From positions 62,001 to 126,000 of the IMG/VR virus record IMGVR_UViG_3300042545_001134: a DNA stretch of 64,000 nucleotides. One strand, given 5' to 3'. Below the pieces are notes generated by a model. The model was not told where the DNA came from and searched no databases. It was given only the letters and a program-made list of their open reading frames with translations. Both the position numbers and the translations under genes were made by a program. This document shows positions 1 to 7,268 of this stretch, in pieces (position 1 is the stretch's first letter; each line of letters starts with the position of its first letter).

Positions 1-1327
1 GACCTTTTAATAGTCTACCTTTCTTACTCTTACCTTTTACTTCGTTACCTTCAGCGTAAGTTATATTATATGCCCCAACAATATCGGCATCCTTTAGTTT
101 ACCGTAATCGTCACACTCAATGTTAATACAGGTGAATTTGGTTTTATCCTTATCCTTTCTATTCTCCTTATCCACATTCTTACAAGTTGGACATGTAATA
201 GATGTATCTTTTGGATTCACCCACAGGATTTGAATCCCCACCATCTTTGCTTTATATTCAATATCCGTTTGAAGTTGATAATATGCCCACGATTTTAAAA
301 ACAAATCTTTAGTGTTTGTGGTTATACCAGTTAAGTCCTCCATCTTAATAATACCCACATTGTATTGTTGGGCAATATCAATAACATCCCTACTGATATC
401 GTGATTCATTAACACGGACCAATTGTGTTCCTTTTCCTTTAATCTTTCCATTCCCAACATCTTTCTTGTTCTTCCATGTCCACCCTTGGCAAACTTCATG
501 GATTGTTGAAGTGCTCTTCGTATCTTATAGAACTTCATTCTCTCAGTTTGAATCTTTTCACCGATTGAAATCTGTGATGGTTGATGTTTCTCCCCGTCAA
601 TGTATATTGATACTGGTCTGTTTATACCCAAATCAATTCCCATTACCTTATCAGGAATCATATCCTTTGATTTTGTATCAGGTACTGTACATGTTAATAA
701 TAAAATAAAATCTTCATCCTTAATTTGAATAGAACTGGTGTTCATTTTGTATTCACCATTCAATATTCTATTGACAATTTTTTCATTACCACTTCTATCC
801 CTTCCGTAATGTAATTTGAATTTAATTCCTTTGTGAATACTTCTCTCTGATGACGATAATGGTAAGTTAAAAACATAATCCTCCCCTTCTTTACTCACCA
901 CAGGTTCTTTATTTACCGTACCTTTAAATGGTATTGTTAATGATGTTTTTCTAAATGATGGTATTGACATCTTTCCTTGTAAAATATCATAAAAACTCTC
1001 ATCAATAGTTTTATATATCTTTTGACAAAACGACGATTTTATGTTCGATGATATGATGGTATTTTTCTTCATTAAGTTATAACCCATATTCTCCACCATC
1101 GCCCCGTATTTTTCCTTGAAAATCTCTTTTGATTTAACTTTAGTAATATTAGTTGAATTTTTTATCTCATCCAACTCGTACTGGTTACAAACAGTTAACC
1201 TAATAACTTCGTTTCCAATTTGAACCAAGTCAGATGCAATTCTTTTTACGTAATTGTACGATGCAGTTCTGTCCTTGCTGGTTTCACCAACCGCAATCAA
1301 TTTGATTTTTCTTGTGATTATTGACAT
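1..1327 (-). CDS. cas12f: Miniature type V CRISPR effector, Cas12f-like (TnpB-derived RuvC nuclease); 3' end lies outside the window
   Basis: Manual translation from ATG at 1327 is open to base 1 (>442 aa, MSIITRKIKLIAVG...). Motifs: GKMSIPSF, VMGIDLG (D232), KGGHGR, KMEDL (E330), WAYYQLQTDIEYKA, TSITCPTC / CINIEC zinc finger, DADIVGAYNI (D415). CRISPR array begins 25 nt upstream. Confidence 0.85.
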   Translation of the reverse strand, partial: MSIITRKIKLIAVGETSKDRTASYNYVKRIASDLVQIGNEVIRLTVCNQYELDEIKNSTNITKVKSKEIFKEKYGAMVENMGYNLMKKNTIISSNIKSSFCQKIYKTIDESFYDILQGKMSIPSFRKTSLTIPFKGTVNKEPVVSKEGEDYVFNLPLSSSERSIHKGIKFKLHYGRDRSGNEKIVNRILNGEYKMNTSSIQIKDEDFILLLTCTVPDTKSKDMIPDKVMGIDLGINRPVSIYIDGEKHQPSQISIGEKIQTERMKFYKIRRALQQSMKFAKGGHGRTRKMLGMERLKEKEHNWSVLMNHDISRDVIDIAQQYNVGIIKMEDLTGITTNTKDLFLKSWAYYQLQTDIEYKAKMVGIQILWVNPKDTSITCPTCKNVDKENRKDKDKTKFTCINIECDDYGKLKDADIVGAYNITYAEGNEVKGKSKKGRLLKG

Positions 1328-1351
1328 ATCATGTTCTATTTTATGTTCATC

Positions 1352-1692
1352 GTTATATTAAAAACTTCAAGTAAGAGGTATTTACAACATAAATCCCATT
1401 AGTTCGTATGGGTTCGTAGTTGTATACACCTTTCAAATAAGAGGTATTTACAACGTACTTGATGACCTGCAACAGGTCCATCAGTTGTATACACCTTTCA
1501 AATAAGAGAAACCCAAAGTACATGTTGTATACACCTTTCAAATAAGAGGTATTTACAACGTTTTCTCTTTCCCATGAGGTGCATCACCTGTTGTATACAC
1601 CTTTCAAATAAGAGGCATTTACAACTATTAACGGATGTACCAAAAATTAACATATAGTTGTATACACCTTTCAAATAAGAGGCATTTACAAC
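1352..1692 (-). CRISPR. CRISPR array, 6 repeats / 5 spacers; minus-strand repeat GTTGTAAATACCTCTTATTTGAAAGGTGTATACAAC (36 nt)
   Basis: Full repeats at 1419-1454, 1524-1559, 1590-1625, 1657-1692; truncated repeat 1484-1508; degenerate terminal repeat 1352-1388. Spacers 30, 29, 15 (deleted), 30, 31 nt. Degenerate repeat at the cas end and promoter at 1900-1930 give minus-strand orientation. Confidence 0.97.
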
Positions 1693-1894
1693 ATGGTTAA
1701 CCCCATCTTATTATGAATCAACATATTGTGAATGATTCCCTTATTAAAAAATAAAAGGTATTTAGTGAGTGAGAAGTTAATCTCCAGAAAAATTCCATCC
1801 TGTTTATTCAGGATTCACTATGGGCTGTACAACCAGCCCCACCAAAGTTTTACCTCTGATGAAAATATATTGAAGTTTCCAATATTTCAAAGAA
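1693..1894 (-). ncRNA. Structured CRISPR leader / candidate tracrRNA-like RNA
   Basis: Non-coding stretch between promoter and first repeat with hairpins (GGGCTG-GTTGTA-CAGCCC 1822-1839; ATCCTG-AATAAA-CAGGAT 1797-1814) and short segments complementary to the repeat. Confidence 0.45.
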
Positions 1895-1899
1895 CAATA

Positions 1900-1930
1900 C
1901 AAAGATACGTGTATTTTTTAGATATCCAAA
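1900..1930 (-). promoter_or_regulatory. Bacteroidota housekeeping-sigma promoter for leader, array and cas12f
   Basis: Minus strand TTTG-N19-TATCTTTG matches the -33/-7 consensus TTTG / TAnnTTTG. Confidence 0.75.
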
Positions 1931-1951
1931 TTTTTTTTTAAAAATATTTTT

Positions 1952-2044
1952 TTATTCATCATCCTCCAACGAATCACTGTATGTGGGTTTATCCTTTGGG
2001 ACATAGTCCTCATCACAATTATCAATATGGTCCTCGTCGTTCAT
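1952..2044 (-). CDS. Possible 30-aa acidic peptide (MNDEDHIDNCDEDYVPKDKPTYSDSLEDDE)
   Basis: Manually read ORF with A-rich upstream region; too short for the ORF track. Confidence 0.3.
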   Translation of the reverse strand: MNDEDHIDNCDEDYVPKDKPTYSDSLEDDE

Positions 2045-2060
2045 AATAGATTTATTTTAA

Positions 2061-2238
2061 ATAACACCCTGATTTATCCAACTTACAGGTGTCGTGGCTG
2101 TCCCCGTTACCGGGTTAGAAATAGACTTTTGGATAGATAGTCAATCTAAATAGAGCCTTTCCCTATCAGAAGTTCCATATGGTTATCACACCACTTCTCA
2201 TCGTATTGGACATACTATCCGGTGATTAACCGAATCGC
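2061..2238 (-). ncRNA. Unidentified structured RNA, copy 1, directly 3' of tRNA-like element
   Basis: Non-coding, duplicated at 3803-3983; differences between copies keep hairpins and a GNRA loop. Confidence 0.6.
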
Positions 2239-2239
2239 G

Positions 2240-2360
2240 TAGTCAGGACAGGAATCGAACCTATAACCAGTTTTCTAAGCCCTACGTGCAGGATTTTCAC
2301 TGCCTCGTACTGGTGTCTAATCGAGCATACACAGCGTTTAACCAATTCCGCCACCTGACT
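2240..2360 (-). ncRNA. tRNA-like element (121 nt) with expanded, non-canonical centre, copy 1
   Basis: Acceptor AGTCAGG/CCTGACT + discriminator A; Leu/Ser-like D arm TGGCGGAATTGGTTAAACGC; T arm ATAGG-TTCGATT-CCTGT; ~70-nt centre with no 7-nt anticodon loop; no encoded CCA. Confidence 0.7.
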
Positions 2361-2548
2361 ATTAGCGTTCTATTAAAAATGGAAGTTATTGCGCCTATAC
2401 CATTTCGTTGATACCACCAATATGGCGTTCATTTTATTCCATTGTTCAAGTTTTGTGAACATTTTCAAATATAGATTTTTATTCCATCATTGCGCCTATT
2501 TTTCTTGCTTTGCGCCTATTTTTTCCACCATAAGGCTAAAATTAGAAA

Positions 2549-2788
2549 TTATTTTCCAAATGTTTCGTTGTAGTATTGTTGAGAGCCAATTACATATTCA
2601 TCTGAAATGCCAAATTTGTAAGCATTCATTATCTCCTGCTTGTGCATTTCTTTGGCTTCGTCAACATCCACTAAAAAATTATCTATCATTGTTGTTCTAA
2701 CAATTCCATCTGGTTCAGATTCTATTATTAAAATTCTTCGTTTCAATTCAGATATTAACCATTCTATACTGCTTTTTTGTTTTTCCAT
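2549..2788 (-). CDS. Small hypothetical protein, paralogue of 2925-3143
   Basis: Both share A(K)EM-KQ-I-N-Y...YYNETFGK; the last 27 nt of the two genes are identical. Confidence 0.7.
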   Translation of the reverse strand: MEKQKSSIEWLISELKRRILIIESEPDGIVRTTMIDNFLVDVDEAKEMHKQEIMNAYKFGISDEYVIGSQQYYNETFGK

Positions 2789-2924
2789 TTTATTTGTTGT
2801 TTAAATGTTTTCTATTTCTTTTTTAATTCTTCATAAATACCACCTAAAATAATCATTATGATTAGTTGTATAAATGTAGTTACCCAATAATAAGCGTGTT
2901 CCATAAGTTTTTTTGTTATTTAAG

Positions 2925-3143
2925 TTATTTTCCAAATGTTTCGTTGTAGTATTTTTCTGCTGTTTCGTATGGCTTATCTCTAAAATGCCACGATTGATTA
3001 TAGCAATTGATGATTTGTTGCTTCTCCATTTCTTTGGCTTGTAAAAGAATATCTTTATACATTTTCCTTAATTCTTCTGAATCAAAAGATACTAATCCTA
3101 ATAATTTTAATTCAATAAATCTTACTGCTGTTTGTTTTTTCAT
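2925..3143 (-). CDS. Small hypothetical protein, paralogue of 2549-2788
   Basis: MKKQTAVRF...QAKEMEKQQIINCY...YYNETFGK. Confidence 0.7.
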   Translation of the reverse strand: MKKQTAVRFIELKLLGLVSFDSEELRKMYKDILLQAKEMEKQQIINCYNQSWHFRDKPYETAEKYYNETFGK

Positions 3144-3532
3144 TTTGTTTGTTGTTTAAGTTTTACAATCTCAATCAGTTTTTTAATACACTCAAGCTCT
3201 GCTTCTTTATAAGTACCATTAAATTTTAAAGGTTCAGTTCCACATAGTCTATTCCATTTATCATTAATAATTAGATAAGAAAACTCTTGAGTACCAACTT
3301 CAATTAATCCTGTTAATCTATATTCTTCTCTAAACCATCTAAATACTTGTTGGTAAATTGGGGCTTTAATAAGATTCTTTTCTAATAAATTAGAATCAAA
3401 CATTTGTATTAGTATTTCACCAGTTGGCTCTTCCCATTCGGTAACAATACAATATCTACCAAAACAAGGTTCATCAAATCCTAATTCTTTTAAAGCTAAT
3501 GCTTCTTGGTATGGCATAAATTCTTTTTCCAT
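3140..3532 (-). CDS. Hypothetical phage protein (ALALKELGFDEPC type)
   Basis: 130-aa ORF overlapping the next start; A-rich initiation region. Confidence 0.7.
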   Translation of the reverse strand: MEKEFMPYQEALALKELGFDEPCFGRYCIVTEWEEPTGEILIQMFDSNLLEKNLIKAPIYQQVFRWFREEYRLTGLIEVGTQEFSYLIINDKWNRLCGTEPLKFNGTYKEAELECIKKLIEIVKLKQQTK

Positions 3533-3721
3533 TTTGTTTGTTGTTTAAGTTATATAATTTGTTAAATGTTTTTTTGGTGCTTGTTAAATGTTTGTATAAA
3601 TTTTTAGTAACGTTTCATGCACTTTGTCCAGTTAATTCATTAAAAGACTGGACATTACACGCCTTTAAATGCTTAAGCCTATTGGCTTTTGTTAATTGTA
3701 CCTATGGTACTTTGTTAATTG

Positions 3722-3800
3722 TAGTCAGGGCCGGACTCGAACCGGATAAACAACCATTTTATTGGACTTGGGCACCATCCCGCATTACGCCCACCTGACT
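3722..3800 (-). ncRNA. Third tRNA-like element (79 nt), same acceptor stem, different centre
   Basis: AGTCAGG...CCGG-TTCGAGT-CCGG-C-CCTGACT-A; D-like stem GGGC/GCCC; no canonical anticodon arm. Confidence 0.6.
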
Positions 3801-3802
3801 AT

Positions 3803-3983
3803 ATAACACCCTATTTTATCCAACTACAGGTGTTAAGGCTGTCCCTATTGCTAGGTTAGGAATAAACTTATTTAAATTAGATAGTCAATCTAAATAGAAC
3901 CTTGTCCTATTAGCAGTTCCATATGAGGAATCACCTCACTTCTCATCGTATTGGACATACTATCCGGTGATTAACCGAATCGC
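3803..3983 (-). ncRNA. Unidentified structured RNA, copy 2
   Basis: Homologous to 2061-2238; flanked on both sides by tRNA-like elements. Confidence 0.6.
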
Positions 3984-3984
3984 G

Positions 3985-4105
3985 TAGTCAGGACAGGAAT
4001 CGAACCTATAACCAGTTTTCTAAGCCCTACGTGCAGGATTTTCACTGCCTCGTACTGGTGTCTAATCGAGCATACACAGCGTTTAACCAATTCCGCCACC
4101 TGACT
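3985..4105 (-). ncRNA. tRNA-like element (121 nt), copy 2, identical to 2240-2360
   Basis: Exact duplicate. Confidence 0.7.
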
Positions 4106-4526
4106 ATTTTTTCTTATTCTTCTTTAATTCTACCACCTTCTCATACTCCTCAGATTCAATTAAATTATCAATAACCATCTTTTCAAATATGTTTTTGTCA
4201 CTTTCATTATCCGATAATTCGTGATGTGCACCACTTTTGAAAAGTTGGTACATACTTTCAAGTGACTTAGAATCGTTCTTCATTTGATAATTTAATGAAT
4301 AGAGCATTAAAGAGTTTAATAAACCAAACCAAGTATGTTCAGATTCGGTAAATTCGGATTCGTCTTTACCTTTGGATAATATTTTATTCCCAACTTCAAA
4401 GATATCATCAATATCAATTGGAGATTTTAATCTGACATCACTGTTTTCAATCAAATCAATCATAATCTGAGGTATGTGTGTATATTTTTTCATGGCACAA
4501 AGATAATCAATATATTCTAAAAACAA
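4104..4526 (-). CDS. Hypothetical protein (true start probably MKKY at 4493)
   Basis: ORF track; promoter-like TATCTTTG lies just upstream of 4493. Confidence 0.65.
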   Translation of the reverse strand: MFLEYIDYLCAMKKYTHIPQIMIDLIENSDVRLKSPIDIDDIFEVGNKILSKGKDESEFTESEHTWFGLLNSLMLYSLNYQMKNDSKSLESMYQLFKSGAHHELSDNESDKNIFEKMVIDNLIESEEYEKVVELKKNKKK

Positions 4527-4553
4527 AAAAATATTTTTTTGTTCATCAAAATG

Positions 4554-5183
4554 TTACTCGTCGTTTATTTTTAATTCAAATTTTTTAATTTTAAAAAATT
4601 TTTCAAAATATTCCCGTTTAAAGAGCCATCCACGAGTTTTTTTAAGGTTACCACCGGAAACGACGGACCAAATATGTTCTTTGGCAAGGTTTATTATCCT
4701 TATTGGAGTATTAATCCAAATTTCACCAATAAAAACGTATATAGTGATAAAATAATCTGAGGTCGTAGCAATAACTCCAGAATCTTGTTGTATACCATTT
4801 TCATCTTCGCATGAAATTTCTATAAACCCATTACCTGTATCTTTATCGGCAGATAATTGCCTCTCAAAATGTTGCATTTTTAATACCCTTTCATATTTAC
4901 CGGGGTATGCCTTCAAGTCTAATTTTACTTCAAATTTTCTTATTTTCCCATACTTACTGGCAACAATGTCAAATTTCTTTAATTCACCAGTCGGTAAGTT
5001 AGTTCTAAAACATGATATAATAGTCCAACCATAATCAATTAATAGTTGAATAATAATTTTTTCACCAATATCACCAACTCTACTATCTTTACTAAAAGAA
5101 TAATCATTGGGGTATTGTTGCCTTAACCTACCCATTTTATGGATAAAATTATAATCATCTTCGGTTAAGTAAACTTTTTTCAT
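4554..5183 (-). CDS. PD-(D/E)XK nuclease-like protein
   Basis: GDIGEK...FDIVA...KFEVK motif spacing. Confidence 0.55.
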   Translation of the reverse strand: MKKVYLTEDDYNFIHKMGRLRQQYPNDYSFSKDSRVGDIGEKIIIQLLIDYGWTIISCFRTNLPTGELKKFDIVASKYGKIRKFEVKLDLKAYPGKYERVLKMQHFERQLSADKDTGNGFIEISCEDENGIQQDSGVIATTSDYFITIYVFIGEIWINTPIRIINLAKEHIWSVVSGGNLKKTRGWLFKREYFEKFFKIKKFELKINDE

Positions 5184-5187
5184 GGCA

Positions 5188-5219
5188 CAAATATAATAGG
5201 TTATTTAGAATATTCCAAA
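5188..5219 (-). promoter_or_regulatory. Bacteroidota-type promoter with extended TTTGGAATATTC element
   Basis: TTTG-N20-TATATTTG. Confidence 0.75.
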
Positions 5220-5316
5220 TTATTCTTCAATGTTTTTTGATTTGAACCATAGGAGTATAACCCCCACGATTCCGTAGACAATTAAAAATGTCAATATGTG
5301 TTCAACGATTATCATA

Positions 5317-5586
5317 TTATTTTCCATCAAGATGAATGTCGGTTGCGTAATTCTTTTCCTTATTGAATAAAGGTTCTTGGTCTACCAACTCGTCATGTAG
5401 TGTCCAGTCATCATATGTTTTTTCACCATCGTTGAAACTCATATTATCTGAATTCTCTTTTAGGTATTCCAGCACCTGTTCTTCTTCCATACCCTGAAGT
5501 TCAGGATAGTTATCCGTGTCAATCTCAATTGATTTCTTTAGAATCCATGTGTGAAACCCTTCGCTTAATTGAATTTTTAGTTTCAT
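5317..5586 (-). CDS. Hypothetical protein
   Basis: 89-aa ORF in co-directional gene run. Confidence 0.65.
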   Translation of the reverse strand: MKLKIQLSEGFHTWILKKSIEIDTDNYPELQGMEEEQVLEYLKENSDNMSFNDGEKTYDDWTLHDELVDQEPLFNKEKNYATDIHLDGK

Positions 5587-5589
5587 AGT

Positions 5590-5853
5590 TTAAAAATTGT
5601 CCGTTGAATTCATTTTAATGTTCTCATCATATTTGGTTTTACCATAATGTTGAGCGTTAATTGTTTCACCGGTTGTTGTGAAGTAATGATGTTTACCCCC
5701 ATCAAAGAATCGGTACATCTTTATACCATCCTTCTCGAATAGAAACTCAACTTGGAATCCATTACCCTCTGTTGTTGATGATTGTGGGTCCTTGTAACAT
5801 CCTGTTAATAGAACACCCGCCAATAATAATCCTAATATTTTTTTCATTACCAA
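5590..5853 (-). CDS. Small lipoprotein (DUF4884-like)
   Basis: Lipobox LLTGC; VEFLFEKDGIKMYRFFDGG. Confidence 0.6.
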   Translation of the reverse strand: MVMKKILGLLLAGVLLTGCYKDPQSSTTEGNGFQVEFLFEKDGIKMYRFFDGGKHHYFTTTGETINAQHYGKTKYDENIKMNSTDNF

Positions 5854-6080
5854 TTATCTAAGTCTGTTAAATCTAATTCTGTTTTTGTGTTATGACTGTA
5901 CACAACAATTTCACTACCAATACCCGTAGGGGTTACTTTCCATGTGAGTAGTCCGCACTCACCATAGATTGCCTTGATATGTGATTTCCACTCATTAAAT
6001 TTATTTTGTTGCTCGTCGCTTAACTCAACAGTTATAGTGTTGTTTTTATTTTTCATAATACTTCGGTTAATACTCTCCAC
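5847..6080 (-). CDS. Hypothetical protein
   Basis: ORF track, tight packing. Confidence 0.6.
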   Translation of the reverse strand: MESINRSIMKNKNNTITVELSDEQQNKFNEWKSHIKAIYGECGLLTWKVTPTGIGSEIVVYSHNTKTELDLTDLDNW

Positions 6081-6436
6081 TCTTTTAATACGTTACCATC
6101 AAATATTACTTCAACGGGAATACCTTTTAGTTTATCAACACTACGTACCTTCGCGTCTTTAAGAAGTTTAGAAAGGAACCTCATAGTTTCTGAGTATCCT
6201 TTATCCCTATCTTCTTCTGTCCACTTACAGTGTTCACTCCACTTAATTGATTCAGCGTCCCAATTACCCTTGAAGTCTCCAACTGCCCAACCACCATCAC
6301 CAAGAGTGATAGATAATCCAAGTTGAGAATCTTGATAACCACCAAGACCAAATTGTACCAATTCGATTTTACCTAATTTCTTTTCCATATTTTTTTTATT
6401 TTTAGATTCCACGGAATAACCATGAAACAAATTCAA
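6053..6436 (-). CDS. Hypothetical phage protein
   Basis: ORF track; likely start MEKKLG. Confidence 0.65.
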   Translation of the reverse strand: MNLFHGYSVESKNKKNMEKKLGKIELVQFGLGGYQDSQLGLSITLGDGGWAVGDFKGNWDAESIKWSEHCKWTEEDRDKGYSETMRFLSKLLKDAKVRSVDKLKGIPVEVIFDGNVLKEWRVLTEVL

Positions 6437-6499
6437 TCATTAAGTAACACATCAAAGATATACTACCCAACACTAATAGTGTTGCTAAAATTTTATCTT

Positions 6500-6772
6500 T
6501 CATTTTACTTTAGGCATTAATTCACAATCAAATTTATAAAGTTCATTCACCACCGGAGTGTAACCCTTTATTTTTGTTTTAATTACAATTTCTTTCCTAT
6601 CCTCCAACATCAATCCAACAACCACACTATCATTCCATTGAAATGTCATAACATATGTAATCAGACCAGTGCACGATTTTGGTTTAACCTTTGTTTTTTC
6701 TTTTGGAACATCCTTAAAACTTGATAGTGTTACTATAACAACCATCAATAATAATGTGTGTTTTATTCTCAT
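6500..6772 (-). CDS. Secreted/membrane-anchored hypothetical protein
   Basis: N-terminal hydrophobic signal. Confidence 0.6.
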   Translation of the reverse strand: MRIKHTLLLMVVIVTLSSFKDVPKEKTKVKPKSCTGLITYVMTFQWNDSVVVGLMLEDRKEIVIKTKIKGYTPVVNELYKFDCELMPKVK

Positions 6773-6778
6773 GTTGTT

Positions 6779-6961
6779 TTATTGACCAATCTGTTCACCA
6801 ATCTGTATTGATAACGCCGCAATGAATGAAACTAACGCGATTCCACCAAATACCATTCTAACAATAAATCGAACCTTGCGGTTTTTAATGTTATCAACCA
6901 ACACCCACATCGATAATAAAAATACCCAACCAATAATGTTTAAAAATGTTACTGTTAACAT
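6779..6961 (-). CDS. Small two-TM membrane protein
   Basis: Two hydrophobic segments. Confidence 0.55.
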   Translation of the reverse strand: MLTVTFLNIIGWVFLLSMWVLVDNIKNRKVRFIVRMVFGGIALVSFIAALSIQIGEQIGQ

Positions 6962-6962
6962 A

Positions 6963-7145
6963 TTATTTTCTTAGTTCGTTTAGTTTATCTGAAAGTAAGT
7001 CAACCTCAGTTTTTGTTTCGAGTTCTCCTTCTTCATTTATTTTACCCCACGTTTTTATTAAATTACCCGATATGATTTCATCAAACGTTAATCCACTGTA
7101 ACTACTGTACTGTGAAATTGTGCCCAATATAGATTCTGTTTCCAT
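6963..7145 (-). CDS. Hypothetical protein
   Basis: ORF track, tight packing. Confidence 0.5.
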   Translation of the reverse strand: METESILGTISQYSSYSGLTFDEIISGNLIKTWGKINEEGELETKTEVDLLSDKLNELRK

Positions 7146-7268
7146 AATATTTTATTCTTTTAATTTGTTAGCAACCCATTCAGGGTCATTTTTAAATTCT
7201 TTCCATGTGTCGAAGTCCTTCAACGACTCAATGATTTCTAATAATCTATCTATTGTATCCATAATATT

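Larger units (their letters stand above)
2061..4108. repeat. ~300-bp direct repeat pair (2061-2363 and 3803-4108); 172 bp identical (2192-2363 = 3937-4108)
   Basis: Base-by-base comparison of the two segments. Confidence 0.95.

Noticed and set aside
168-176. DnaA box TTATCCACA as a replication origin
   Set aside because: Single copy inside the cas12f coding sequence; no cluster.
466-708. 80-aa plus-strand ORF, and similar antisense ORFs throughout the track (e.g. 1732-1941, 2389-2700, 3538-3798, 7417-7710)
   Set aside because: Antisense shadows of real genes or RNAs, with no motifs or initiation signals.
1-1327. Plain IS605 TnpB transposon gene, or a nuclease-dead regulator
   Set aside because: No tnpA or IS-end hairpin upstream, the array abuts the start codon, and all three catalytic residues are present. 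The 3' flank is unseen, so the IS reading is not fully excluded.
1353-1541. 62-aa ORF on the minus strand
   Set aside because: It is a translation of CRISPR repeats (VVNTSYLK recurs).
1389-1656. Self-targeting spacers; spacer strand bias as a sign of RNA targeting
   Set aside because: Only 9-11-nt chance matches found by eye (e.g. ATAAATCCCAT near 33449); both strands of each spacer have open frames. A real search is needed.
2240-2360. Decoding or suppressor tRNA, tmRNA, or HDV-like theta ribozyme after the tRNA
   Set aside because: No 5-bp stem with 7-nt loop and U33; too short and no tag ORF for tmRNA; I could not fit the downstream RNA to the HDV double pseudoknot.
2389-2519. Three copies of TTGCGCCTAT (2389, 2490, 2510)
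   Set aside because: Irregular spacing, no stem or clear context; recorded but not interpretable.
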